Assembly: GCA_048013815.1 (NCBI GenBank)
Contig: CM106586.1
Location: forward strand, 22,444,001-22,508,000
Length of the DNA: 64,000 bases
DNA from: Setoptus koraiensis
Taxonomy: Eukaryota; Animalia; Arthropoda
Direction of reading: 5' to 3'
Shown here: positions 1 to 11,595 of the stretch, one piece after another
Numbering within the stretch: position 1 is the stretch's first letter
How the letters are laid out: every line of letters starts with the position of its first letter
The notes under the pieces: model-generated
Told to the model about the DNA's origin: nothing
The model's database searches: none
What the model saw: the letters and a program-made list of their open reading frames with translations, nothing else
Translations under genes and position numbers: made by a program

Positions 1-49
1 ACGGTGCATCGATTCAATGATCCCCGACGGACACCGATGATAGGCTCAC

Positions 50-3000
50 CTTGTACAGGTAGTAACCGTCTTGGCAGAGTTTCTTGAGAAGGGCGTCCAG
101 TATGACCAGCTTGCCGTTGGCGCACTCCCATGTCTTGGAGCCCAGTTTGGCCCCGTTCTGCAGCAGATATTCTATGAGTATCATGTTGTCCTGTGACGCG
201 GCACAATATTGAGCTGCAGCGTTGCGTTGTTGCGATGTGGGGGGGGGGCGAAAAGAATTGTGCGGACAGGTGAGCCGAAAAGAATTGCGCGGACAGGTGA
301 GGCGAAAGTTGCGACTTTGGGCGCCATCTCGATGTGCTCACTGCGGTCCTCATACTCACCGATTACCCGATCCAGCAGTCGCAATCCGTTCTTGTCTTTG
401 TGCTCGAAGTTGGCCCCACTGTCCACCAGCATCTTGAGCTGTCGTTTCGCGATGGGGGCGCGCATTTGCGACAGATTGGGATAGAGTGCATACGATGCGA
501 TGATGGGGGATATAGAGAGATATTCAAATTAGCCAAAGCAATGTGATATTCAAATTGGCCAAAAAAGCGAAATATTCAAATTAGCCGAAACAGCGACATA
601 TTCAAATTAGCCAAATCGCATTCGGCGAGTCGGCGGAGCTCACCATTTTCAGTCGCGAGCCGCGCAAACAGGCGTAATCGAGGGCAGACATGTCGAGCTC
701 GTTGCGCACATTGAGTTCCGCGTCGCGGCTGTCCAAAATATACTGGACACTCTTGTAATTATCACATTGAATGGCGTGCATCAGCGCACTGGAACCCTGT
801 ATGTCCGTCGTGTTGACATTGGCCCCATGACCGATGAGGATCTTGGTCACCTTCGAGCTCAGATTGTCCCTGTCCTGGCCGTTGCCGTTTGTTGTCCGCA
901 TTTGGTCCGTTTCGTCGCTCGAATCGTCCTCGGTCGAGGTGGAGCCGGCCGATAGTTGCTTGCTGTCCGCGTGCAAATGTTTGCCGCAATTGTCGGCCGC
1001 ATTGTCGCCGCTTGCGCTCTTGTTCGGATCGCCACTGGTGGCCGGCAATACCCGAGCGGCGTGTATGAGAGCACTAAAACCAAACGGTTTGTCCTGATTG
1101 TTGATCAGCATGGGAATGTTGGAATCGTTGGTCGCATGGTCGGTTTGTTGTTGCGCGTGCTTGCCGGAAGTGCCCGTGCTCGAGCCGCTGCTTGCGCTGC
1201 TGGCGCCCTTGAGCAGTAGTTGCACCGTGTCCAACAGGTCCGATTCGTGGGCCAATTTGTCGTGTGAGCCAGCCGGCAAATGTAAGCTGGCCAAAAAGCA
1301 ACTGAGCGCGGTTTGATTGAACGCATTCAGCACGTGATGGCTGGCGTGAAAGTCCTCAATTAGCGATCGGCATATATCCAGATTGTTGTTGGTGGCGGCC
1401 GAGGCGGCCCCAGTCAGCGGCGTGTGCCCAGTGAATCGCCTGTCGCATCTATTGATGACGCTCATCAGATCCGGTTTGGTGGCGCTGCTGCTCTGCTTTA
1501 TGAAATATCTCAAGAATCGCATGAGGGCGTCGTATATCTGATAGTGGCCCCTGATGCAAGCGATCACCATAGACTGGTGCAACAAATCCACGAAAAACTC
1601 CTCCTGGTGGCCGCTGTTGATACTGACACAATACACGTAATACAGGTGATCGGTGAGATACTCGACTATTTTCAGCCGGTTGAAGCAGCTCGCCACCAGC
1701 AGCGGATGATAGTGCTCGATGAGCTTGTCGTCCAGGGGCGAACAGCACTGGCGCAGCATTTTTATCTGGCGCGGCGTGATGCGATCCGAGGCCCCGTGCT
1801 CCACAAGCAGCTTCAGTATTTCGGTGTGGCCCTCGTGGGCTGCTATCACCGACGGACTGGACAGGAGCAAATGACGGTGTTGCGCGTCTTCGCGCAACTC
1901 CAGCGCGGGCTTGCCGGCGCCGCTCTTCGCTGCGGTCCGCGCGGTCTGTTGAGCGGCCGCCGAGCCCGACTGGTCGGCGCTCGACAGGTACGGGCTCACG
2001 ATGCACGCGTCGGGATCCGCCTGAAACTGAAGCAACAGCTTGACGAATTCCAGATCGTTTCGCTTGCTCATCATCACTATGAGCGGGCAGTCGCGGCTTT
2101 GGTGGCGCGGGCCGGATTTGCGCGCGGCCCGATCCTGGAAACGGTTGTTTGGTTGGGGCAGCGGCAGCAGCATGTCGACGGGCACGCTGACGTTGGCGTT
2201 GGCGCCCGCGGACAACAGCAACCGGGACGCCTCCAGTTGCGCGTCGAACAGGTTGACGGGCAGCGACAGGGCGCTGCTCAGTAGCGCCTCCTCTTGGTCG
2301 CACAAGATGCCCAGCAGCTCGTCGAACCACGGGCTGGCGAGCGGATCGAGGGCGCTGTTGTTGTTGGGACCGCCGCTGGCGCTGTTGCTGGCGCTTGCGC
2401 TGCCGCCCGTAGCGGGGGGCGTGTGCTGCTGCTGAACGGCGATGGCCGCCGATGAGCGGCGCCGATTCTGCAAACAACTCTGGGCAAACAGTAGCTCGTC
2501 GTTGAAATTGAACACAAGTTGCTGTTGCTCGCCGGCCGGCGATTGCTGCTGGCTGGTGGCGGTGGCCGACAGCAGCGTGGGCGACGACAACGAGTCCGAG
2601 GTGCCCTCGCGGACGAGGTGCGCGCCCGACATCATTGTGTTGTCGTTGGTGTTTGTGGCCGCCATTTGGCTTATGCCCGAATCAATGGACCGGTTGTTGC
2701 TTTGCTGCTGGGCGCCCGCGCCCGTCTGCTGCTTCATCATGGCCAGACTGTCCTGCAGCGAGCCGTCCTGCATGGCCTGCGCGTTTCCGGTCAGCAGAGA
2801 GTTCGGCCCGAACAGGGTCCAGTTGAACGAGGTCGTGGACGAGGAGCGCCGCCGGCGGCACGACGACGCGAAACAGTGAACGGCGTGCGCGGCGATCTGC
2901 AAACAATTGGCCGGACTCAGGCAGCGCGGTTGCGGTTGCTGCTGTTGCTGTTGTGACGGGTCGCCGTTGCCACTTCCGCCGCTGACGTAATTGTTGGCGC

Positions 3001-6000
3001 TGCTCTGGTTGATGCTGTGTCGCCGCTGCAGCAGCATGCGCACCAGCGACGGGTCCATGCCTTGACACAATTGGCTCGACTTGTTGTTGGGCTCGCTCGT
3101 GCAATCTGCACCGCTGCTGCTGTTGACATGCTGCGACTTCCGGTCGGCGCTGTCATGCGACTTCCGGTCGGCGCTGTCATGCGACTTCCGGTCGGCGCTC
3201 TCGTGCGACTTTCGGTCGGCGATTTCGCACGAGCCTGCGGGCGGCAAATCGCTCAGCTGGTTGTTGGTGCTGTACTCGGGCAACAGCAGCCACTTGGCAA
3301 GACAATAGTGGCCGTAGGTGGCGTCGATGTTGAACCGGTGACTGTTGATCACGATGGACGGACGGCTGCTGGTGGCAGTGACGCCGTTGTTGTCCGCAAA
3401 CGGGGCCCAGCCCGTCAGCGCCGAGCCCGGCCAGCCGGTCGTGAGCGACAGGTGACAATTCGAGAGCCACTGGCGGATGAAATCGTGCCGAAACATGAGA
3501 CTCAGATCCTTTGTTAGATGCTCGAAATCGGCCCGGCTGCTTCCGCAACCGGAAGCTAGCGCAGTGCTGTCACTCTGGGCTGGCGCCGCTCGCTGCACCT
3601 TCAACAGGTAGGCGCACGTAAGCTCGTTGAGTGTCTTCTCGAACGCCTTCCAGCGTTTTATGATCTCGCCAGACAATGCCGAATTGGTGACTGGCCCACT
3701 TCCGGTTGCTGATTTCTGCTGCCTTGCTGATGCTGCGGCTGCTGTGGCACTGCTGCTGTTGGCCGTTGCGCTGGTGGGTGGTGTTGATGCGGTGCCCGTG
3801 TTGCCGCTGCCGCTAATAACGGGATCCAGACTGGGCGCCGATTGGGTAGAGGGCGCCGCTGCGTTCAGCACCATGAACAGGTCCAATTGGTTGAGATTTG
3901 TGCTCGTACAGGTACAAGTGGCCGACATGAGTATTTGCAATATGTTTGTGGCTTGATCGCTGAACGATTTGCTCCTGATGTGCGGAAATTTGTACTCGAT
4001 ATACAGGTAAAACAATTGCTCTAGGCGCAAATTGTTGGGCAGCTCGAGTTGTTTCAGTAGCGACGCTTGCAAGTCGCTCTTTTTAAGCTGCTGCTGACTC
4101 TTTTTCATCAGGGCCACATCTCGTGAGGCCACGCTGGCGCCCCCGCAATGGCCGCCCATCAGATACTGCCAGCCGCTGCGACTTATCGAGTGCGCAAACT
4201 GTTTGTTCAGGCGCAACACAATGGCCCTGGCGGCCTCACACTCACTCGTCGCGTTACTGCCACTTCCGGTTTGGATGTTACTGCCACTTCCGGTTTGAAT
4301 GTTACTGCCACTTGCAGCGGCTGCTGCTTGGTCGCTGCTCAGGTCAAATTCGAGCTTTTTGGCCTCGATCAAGTCGAGCAACAGGTCGCAATAAAAGAAC
4401 GATCCGTGCGCGTAACAAGCGAGATAATTTATCACCGTTGCGATGGCCCGTCGCCTGGGCGAAACCTGGCTCCGTTTGTTTGTCTGTTCGAATGTTGGCT
4501 CGTCGCCGCTGGCCACTTGTTGATTTGAGTCGGGCTTGGCGGGCGCCGCTCCCGCCGTCGGGTCCGCATTGAGGCCGCTAACGCGCTCGAACAATGAGGG
4601 CGACCACAGTTTTGTGCGGCCGTGTATGTAGGCCAGCAGGTCCAGATCTTTGCACGCAGGCTTGGGCAGCGTCGGGCCGGTTGGTGGCGCCATGGATGCC
4701 GCGTCACCATGCAGCTCGTTGGACAATGAGCGATAAAACGATTTCACGTCCAGCGCGTCGTCGAAGGACCGTCCGAACGACACTGCCGAGTCTTGCTGCG
4801 ATTCGGAGGGCCGCTTGTGGGGTCCGCTGGCGGAAGCGGGCCCCGGGCCGGCGCTGTGGTTGACGTCCAGTGACAGCTGTTTCCATACAATCACCGTGCG
4901 GGCGTCGCCACTCGCATTGTTATTGTGATTGTTGCCGGCCGATTGTTTGCACTGCATTATGTAATCGCCCAGCGGTGTGGAGTGCGAATTCCGGAAGCAC
5001 AAGTGGCTCGAATTGACCGTAATGACAAACTTGATCCACGACGGAAACAGACCGATGATTTTCATCAATAGATCGCCAATGGGATTGTCGCATTTTGAGA
5101 AGAATGTCGCAGTGTGAGATGTCGATGTGTGAAATTTGTTGTTGCTACCACTGTTGGCGTTGTTGTCCGCGGTGAGCGGCCCGTGTCCGGCGGCTGCCGC
5201 GAGCGCGGGCGCATTGTTGCCGGCGCCGCCGGCGCCGCTGTCCGCCAGTGACATTGAGTGTTTAAGATCATTCGCGGGGGGCGTGGCGAAGGTGTCGTCG
5301 TCGGAACAGGCCGAACTTTGGCACGATCCCGTGTCCAGCCGGGTGGGCCCGTCAAACGGTTGCGGGTGGTTGGGGCACGCAACGGAGCGGCACGCCTCGT
5401 CGAGCGCGTCTATCACTATGATGAGGGGCAGGCCCGGCCTGGGCAGGCTTATTTTGCCCTGCTGCCACAGAGTGTGCAGCGGAACGAGCAGTCCGTCACG
5501 GACGGCCCGCACGGGATTTTTGAGGCACGACGAGCGGGACAGCAGGCGGCGCAAGTGGGCCGCGGGCTCGGTGTCGGCCGACAGCAGCTCGCGATAGGCG
5601 CCCACGTGGCCGCTTGTGGCTATTTGATGGATGAGATTTTGTATAAAATCGGCGGTGTTTTTCGTTGAATAATTGTGCACTTGACAATAGTGATAGGCCA
5701 ACAATTGTCGGCACAATATGTTCTCGGCCTTGTTTATCTGGTATTCGTCCTTGAGCGAGCACGTCGACTGCTCCAATTGTTGCTGCGTCAAATACCCCAA
5801 ACTGGCCGTGCCCTGACGGGCCGCCTCGCTGGCCGTCTGGCGCAACCGGAACTGCTGCTGCCTGCTCCACTGGCTGCTGGCGAGCTCACTACTTCCGGTT
5901 TGGCGAAACTGTTGCTGTTGCTGCTGCTGTAGGAATTGTCGGAATCGCAGCGAATTGGCAACCAAATTCGCCACAAACAACGTCTTGCCCGAGCCCGTGG

Positions 6001-9000
6001 GCCCGCTTATGACCACATGGTGACTCACTGGCGCCCGCTGGTGGCTGGTGGCCAGCGCGGCCTGTTCGTCGTATCTCACCAAACACTTGAGCATTTTGTA
6101 CAATTTGCGGGAGTGTCGCGGGCGCCGCTTGCAGCGCAACAATGCCGCATCGGTCTCGTTCTCGAGGGCGCGGCGCGATTGCTGCGCCAGTCTATCCTTG
6201 CGAGCTTGCGTTGCGCTCATGCCCACAGGCCGGCTCTTCACGCCGGCCGCGTCGGCCGACTGGTCGAACAGGCCACTTCCGGTTCCGGTCGGTGTCGGCT
6301 GGAGCAGCAGTGGGCTGTCTGGCAGTTGCTGAATTTGAGTATCGACGTAAAATTTGATCTGCTGTTGGTGCGGCCACACGCAGCTCGCCGGGTCGTCGGG
6401 GTCGCCAGCGTCCAGGTCGTCGTAATTGTTGTCGTTGCTGGTGCTGTCGGTATCACAACTGGCGCTCTTGAGCGGGCCCACATTCAAGCTGGGCATCTCG
6501 ACGGGCAGCAGGGGCCGCACGAGCTCCAGATAGGGGTCGTTGAAAAAGAATTGGTCGTTCAGAATGAGCTCGCCAACGAAGGTCGCCCGATCATTGTGGT
6601 CACTCGTATGTCCGTGGCTCGCTTGCTCAGGCCTGGCCCGGTGCAACGGCGCCACACTGGCCGTGGGCGCCTCCCTCGAACACATCACGTCTGAGGGATG
6701 CTGGCCGCTTCCGGTTGGGGCACTTTGGAAGGAATTCATTGAGGCACTGGACGACATTTTGAATGGTTGCCGGCTCTGCTTGAAACTGGTGGCGTCGTTG
6801 TGTCGCGGGCGTCGCATCAAGTCGTGCGACGACGACGACGACGGAAACTGGCGTTGTATGCTGGACAGCATCATCGACGCCATTGGCTGACCGGAAACAG
6901 TCTGATGCTGCTGCTGCTGGTACGGGTTGTGGTGTTGCTGGTGAAGGTAAGCGTTGACTGGAAAGATGGCGGCCGGGGCGGCGTTGCCGTTGTCGTAGTG
7001 GCGCGGGTATGCCGACAAGGGGCTCGCATAAAACGACCCGTCAAACTGACCGCTTGCCGTTTCATCGACGCTGCTCAGCTCGTGATGATAGCTCGCCGGA
7101 AACGGAGGCTCAGCGTGAAACGATCCTGGCGAGCCCATGTAATGATGGCTGTTGTAATAATTGTTCAATATGTAGGCGGCGCTGTCTTGGCCGGGCGATT
7201 GCTGGAAGGATTGGTGCGGTTGTTGGCTGCTGAACAAGTGCGCTTGCTGCTGTTGCTGCTGGCTGTAGAAACTGTTTGCCGCCGCCTGGTGGTGGTGGTG
7301 GCCGGCAAGCGCCAATTGATCGTGATACGAGCAAGATTGTCGCATTACGCGCATGGCGCCACCCGGTGGCGGCAAATTGGTGGCTGGCGAGCAGCAGTTG
7401 ACCACTTGTTGTTGGTTGATCAATTGGTGATGGGTGTGGCTGGCGGTGTTGCCGGTCAGCATCAGCGAGGCGGGCCGGTGCGCTTGCGACGCCGGGTAAT
7501 GGCCGGCGTTGATCAGTGCTGAGCTGCACTGATCCGCATAGTTGGTGCCCGGTGGCGGTGCAATGGCGGGCATTAGCAGCGGATTCTGAAAGAAAATCTC
7601 CGGTCGGTTTGAGTGCTGGCCCGCGACGCCGGCCGGCCCGAACGGGCTGCCGCGTTGCGGGCCGCCGTGATAGTGAATGCCCGACTTGATTTGAAGCGGC
7701 GTTGCGCGCCCGTGGTGGCGCACATCCGAAGAGTTGTCGCTACTGTTGTTATTGTTTATTGATATCGAGTCGACACTGGTGGCCATTTCGGGCGTTTGAG
7801 TGGACGGCGACGGCGACAAGCTCAACTTGGACCCGTTAGAGGGTGCAGCGCGCGCATTGTCTTGCTGTGCTGGATTGTGCTGATTGTTGTCGCTGTTGTT
7901 GTTGGTTGTGGTGCCCACCGACAGGGAGCTAGAAATGGACGATGTGTCGCCCGTGGACAGCGACGATTGCGTGCTCAGCACCGACCGGGACCCGGCCGAA
8001 CCGGAACCGGAGCCGGTTTGTTTGGCGGGCTGTGGCTGGTGTTGTTGCAGTTGTAGTTGCAGTTGTTGTTGTTGGCTGACTAGCGGCAGGTCGGCGTTGC
8101 CGTGGTGATGATGATGGCTAACTATTATGGGCTTAGAGGCAAATGTTCTGGTTGTTTGTTTCACGCTGCTGGTGGTTGCCTTGTTGGCTGTCAGGGGCGC
8201 TGGCTGCAACGCCAAGAGCTTGGCGCGACCCGGCTTGTGCTCTATGAGTTGCTGCTGATACTGCTGATGGGGATAGGAGAAGAAATTGTTTGTTGAGAAA
8301 GACTTTGTAATGGGATACAATTTTTCCGCCTGATTTGTCACAACTACGGGCCGGCGCGCGTTGCCCGCGCCCACCAATTGGCTGTCTAGCGGCACCGAGT
8401 ATACGTTTGTGACGGTGAGCTCGTGGTCTAGCCGTTGCTTTTGGGCCAGCAGTTGCTGCTGTTGCAGCTTGCTGGCGCCGCTTTTGCTGTTGTCACTAAT
8501 TAGCTGTTGTTGTCTATTGTTGTTGTTGTTGTTGTTGTTGTGTTTGGTGGAAAATTTAAATTTAAATTGGTTCAAATCGTTCAATTGGTTGGAGCTAGAC
8601 ACAGGCAATGGAGTTAATTGAATGCACGGTTGCGCAACGATGTTCATGTGACTAGTGGCAAGCTCGTGGCCGTTCAATGTGGTTGTTGCGCTCTTTTTCA
8701 CGAGGCTCTTCTTTTTCTTGCTCTTCGTCTTGGCGCTCGGGGGGCCGTTGCTCGCTTGCTGGCCAATTCTGGTGCTGCTGTTGCTGCTTGTGGAATTCAC
8801 TTGGGAATTAATTGGGAGCTCGCCGGCCACGGTGGACCGGTGCCCGAAAACGTGCGACTTGCTGGTTGTTGGGGCATTTTGGCTTGAATTTCTCGTTGCT
8901 GTAATGCTCGAATTGGCTTGATGTGGAGCGCCGCGCAACGGCGAACATGACGCAACGCCGCTGCCGCCGCTCACCTGTGCGCCGCTGTCTGCTTGGGTAT

Positions 9001-9186
9001 TTATGTAAATTGCATTGGACACGGTTTGTTGGCTGCCCATCGAGTGGTTGTCGCCCGATGACGACGCGCCCGACACACAATTGGGCACGGGGTACTGCTC
9101 GCCGGGTATATACTCGAAATTGGAGGCCGTGTCCGGCTCGGCGCTCGAGTTGCGCAGGTGGTTGCGGTGTCTTCGCAGTTTGGCCA
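50..9186 (-). CDS. TANC: TANC1/2 / rolling pebbles-family scaffold protein (P-loop NTPase, ankyrin repeats; TPR part expected beyond the left edge). Exons 9186-644, 438-360, 213-50; 3'-partial
   Basis: Walker A GPTGSGKT (5981-6004), LLAYHYCQ, Walker B IIVIDALDEA, FPSWIKF, then several ankyrin repeats. Phase-compatible GT-AG splicing (donors GTGAGC at 643, GTGAGT at 359, GTGAGC at 49) gives LKMLVDSGANFEHKDKNGLRLLDRVIAQYCAASQDNMILIEYLLQNGAKLGSKTWECANGKLVILDALLKKLCQDGYYLYK, which resembles the TANC ankyrin-to-TPR junction. Confidence 0.88.
3132..3220 (-). repeat. 24-bp coding tandem repeat (ADRKSHES/ADRKSHDS, ~4 copies) inside the TANC exon
   Basis: tgcgacttccggtcggcgctgtca units start at 3132, 3156, 3180 and 3204 (last partial). 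Confidence 0.9.
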
Positions 9187-9200
9187 CTGTTTCAGTGTGC

Positions 9201-9340
9201 ATTTCGGTGAATTTCGATGGGTTTCGATGGGTTTCGGTGAATTTCGGTGAATTTCGGTGAATTTCGGTGAATTTCGGTGAATTTCGGTGAATTTCGGTGA
9301 ATTTCGGTGAATTTCGATGAATATCAGTGAATTTCGATGG
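9201..9340. repeat. 10-bp tandem array (ATTTCGGTGA)n, ~14 units, in the putative TANC intron
   Basis: Seven consecutive perfect units at 9241-9310, flanked by degenerate units. Confidence 0.95.
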
Positions 9341-9862
9341 ATTTGACATATTTCGGTGCATTTCGACATATTTTGATGGATTTCGATGCATTTTGACGGA
9401 TTTCGACATTTTTCGGGATTGCATTCACAGATAGTTGGGTTGTTTGCGGGCAGCGATGGGGGCGAAACGGTGAGAGAGAAATGTCGAGATCGAAATGGTG
9501 AGAGGGAAACGTCAAGATCGAAATGGTGAATTCGGCAGATCATCGCGAGCGATCAATTTAAGACACTCTGGAATCGCATTCTGGAATCGCACTCTGGGAT
9601 CGCACTCTGAAACCAATTTCCGAAATAAATTTCCGAAATCAAACTCTGACCACCGGAGATGTCGGAGGGCGTGTTCGGGTATGCGCGGTTTGTTCGGGCG
9701 CCGGTCGGCCGGACAACTGGCGCGACAGGCGGCGGGACCCGTCGCCCGCCGGCCCGGCTGCTCGGCCGCTCGCCGCGACTCACAACTACACACAAACAAA
9801 CATGTAAATACACACAAATAAACATGTAAATGCACACAAATAAACGTATTGCTGATACTCAC

Positions 9863-10190
9863 CCTTGACCAGCGACCACACCTTGAAGAAAATGCCCGTG
9901 ACGGGGCCCATTTTTGGTCCGTTGTCGTCGTCATCGTTGTCGGGGCAGTCGTCGTCGAAGTGGCCGTCGGTGTCTTGGCAGGACACGATGGAGCGGGCGT
10001 CGTGATTGTCGGCCTGGCTGTGGCGCGGCCGCCCGATGGACCAGTGCTGAATGGGCGACACAGATTGGTCATGGTGCGATTTGAATTTGTTGCTGCTTCC
10101 GTTTTGGCTCGAGCCGCTGCGTTTGTGGCCGCTCGCTGGCTGCTGTTGCTGCTGGCTGGTTGGCGACGGCGATTCCGTCAGTTCGTTCAT
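9863..10190 (-). CDS. Putative first coding exon of the TANC/rols gene
   Basis: ATG at 10190, open frame to a consensus donor AAG G|GTGAGT at 9863/9862 (phase 1). This matches a CAG acceptor at 9189-9187 and keeps the 644-9186 frame (...SLVK-V-AKLRRH...). No homology support for this exon. Confidence 0.55.
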
Positions 10191-10239
10191 GGTTTTGTTT
10201 CGGCGACACTTATCACTGTTGTTATTTATTTATTATTTT

Positions 10240-10311
10240 GCTGCTTCTATTCACTGTATTGCTGCTATTCACTGTATTGCTGCTATTCACTGTATTGCTG
10301 CTATTCACTGT
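10240..10311. repeat. 18-bp tandem repeat tgctgctattcactgtat, ~4 copies
   Basis: Direct reading of the sequence. Confidence 0.9.
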
Positions 10312-11507
10312 ATGATTGTCGCGTTATGTAATTGTTGCTGTTGTTGTGGTTGTTGTTGCGTTGCGATGCGTGGGCGCCGGTCATCGTTGGCCGGCTCGCG
10401 TCGGCCGGGCTGGCGGTTGAGAGTGATTGTCGGCGTGTCACTTGCGATCGGGCGCATTCTTATTCGCGACGGGCGCGTTCATGGTGAGCATCGTCATTAG
10501 CTGTCGTTAATGATAATTAACCATAATTGAGCTATCGTTAGCTGGCGCGTATTGTTTATTGATTTGTTATTGTTGCGATTATTATTATTATTATTATTGT
10601 TCACTATTAATCATAACTTTGTTGTTGTGCAGCCCGTTGCCCGCTAATTAGCGCCGCCGTTGCTTGCTCATGTTTCTAATTGCTATGTTTGTGAATACTG
10701 TTGCGCAATATTGCGGATGCTGCTGTTGTGTTTGTGGATATTGTTGCCGTTCGCTGGGCTGTTGCTCGTCTTCGTTATCGTCTAGCTATTATTATCTCGT
10801 TGTTATCATCTCGTCGGCGACGCATCTATCGCGTCTTGCCATGCCCGTACTGCGGCTGTATGTCGCGACTCGCGAGCAGTATATATCGTGTGTATTTCGT
10901 GTGTATAAATCAGCGTTTGTGTGTATAAATCAGCGTTCGTGTGTGTATATCAGTGCTTGCAGTATAGCGAGTTGCGTATTATTAACCTTTCTTCTCCTTC
11001 TCTGTTTGTCGCGAGCTTGCCGTGGTGTGCGATATGCGCTCTTCTCGGCTGCTCTCCCGTCTGCGCGGCTGTCTACGCGGCCGTCTCGTCGCCCGACTGT
11101 CGCCGGGCTATCGGGCTGCTGGGTGCATGCAATTCGCTGGGCTTGCTGTGGCTTGCAGTGGCGGCGGTGGCGGCGGTGGCGCCAGCAACGGCGGCGTTTA
11201 GTTTCATGCGAGCGATTACGTAAAAACAAACACAGTATGCCAGTTGAGCGTCGACGATAATTTCAAGTTAACACCACTCCGGCATAATGCAATTTATGTC
11301 CCGTCTCGTGTGCGTATGTGTGTGCCATTGTTGGCCATTGTGTGCCCAAAGGATTCGTTGAAAATGCTTCTCGACAATTGTAGGCGCTGGCTCGCCAGCG
11401 AACGCGCGAACAGGCGAATGATGGAACAAGCGCGAAGGCGAATGATGGAACAAGCGCAAAAGCGAACAGCCGAATAAGCGAGCGCGATATTTCGTGCCAC
11501 TGGCAGC

Positions 11508-11595
11508 CAGATATTGCGAGACTGGCGGCTGGATATTGCGAGGCTCGCGGCTGGATATTGCGTGAGACTGGCGGCTGGATATTGCGTGAGACTCA
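11508..11595. repeat. Imperfect 22-24-bp tandem repeat (gatattgcg(tg)agactggcggctg), ~4 copies
   Basis: Direct reading of the sequence. Confidence 0.85.

Noticed and set aside
762-9080. Numerous 60-340-aa ORFs overlapping the TANC exon (e.g. 1424-2284+, 1449-2477-, 5936-6694+)
   Set aside because: Shadow frames of a GC-rich coding exon with no recognisable motifs.
9187-9424. N-terminal 80 aa (HRNSPKFTEI repeats) of the 2940-aa ORF
   Set aside because: The 10-bp unit has no stop in any frame, so the ORF extension is automatic. A phase-compatible acceptor at 9187 and an upstream exon explain the gene better.
10701-10928. CPYCGC in a plus-strand ORF as the N-terminal RING-like motif of Rols
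   Set aside because: Wrong strand for the TANC gene, and no further Cys/His ligands in a sensible pattern.
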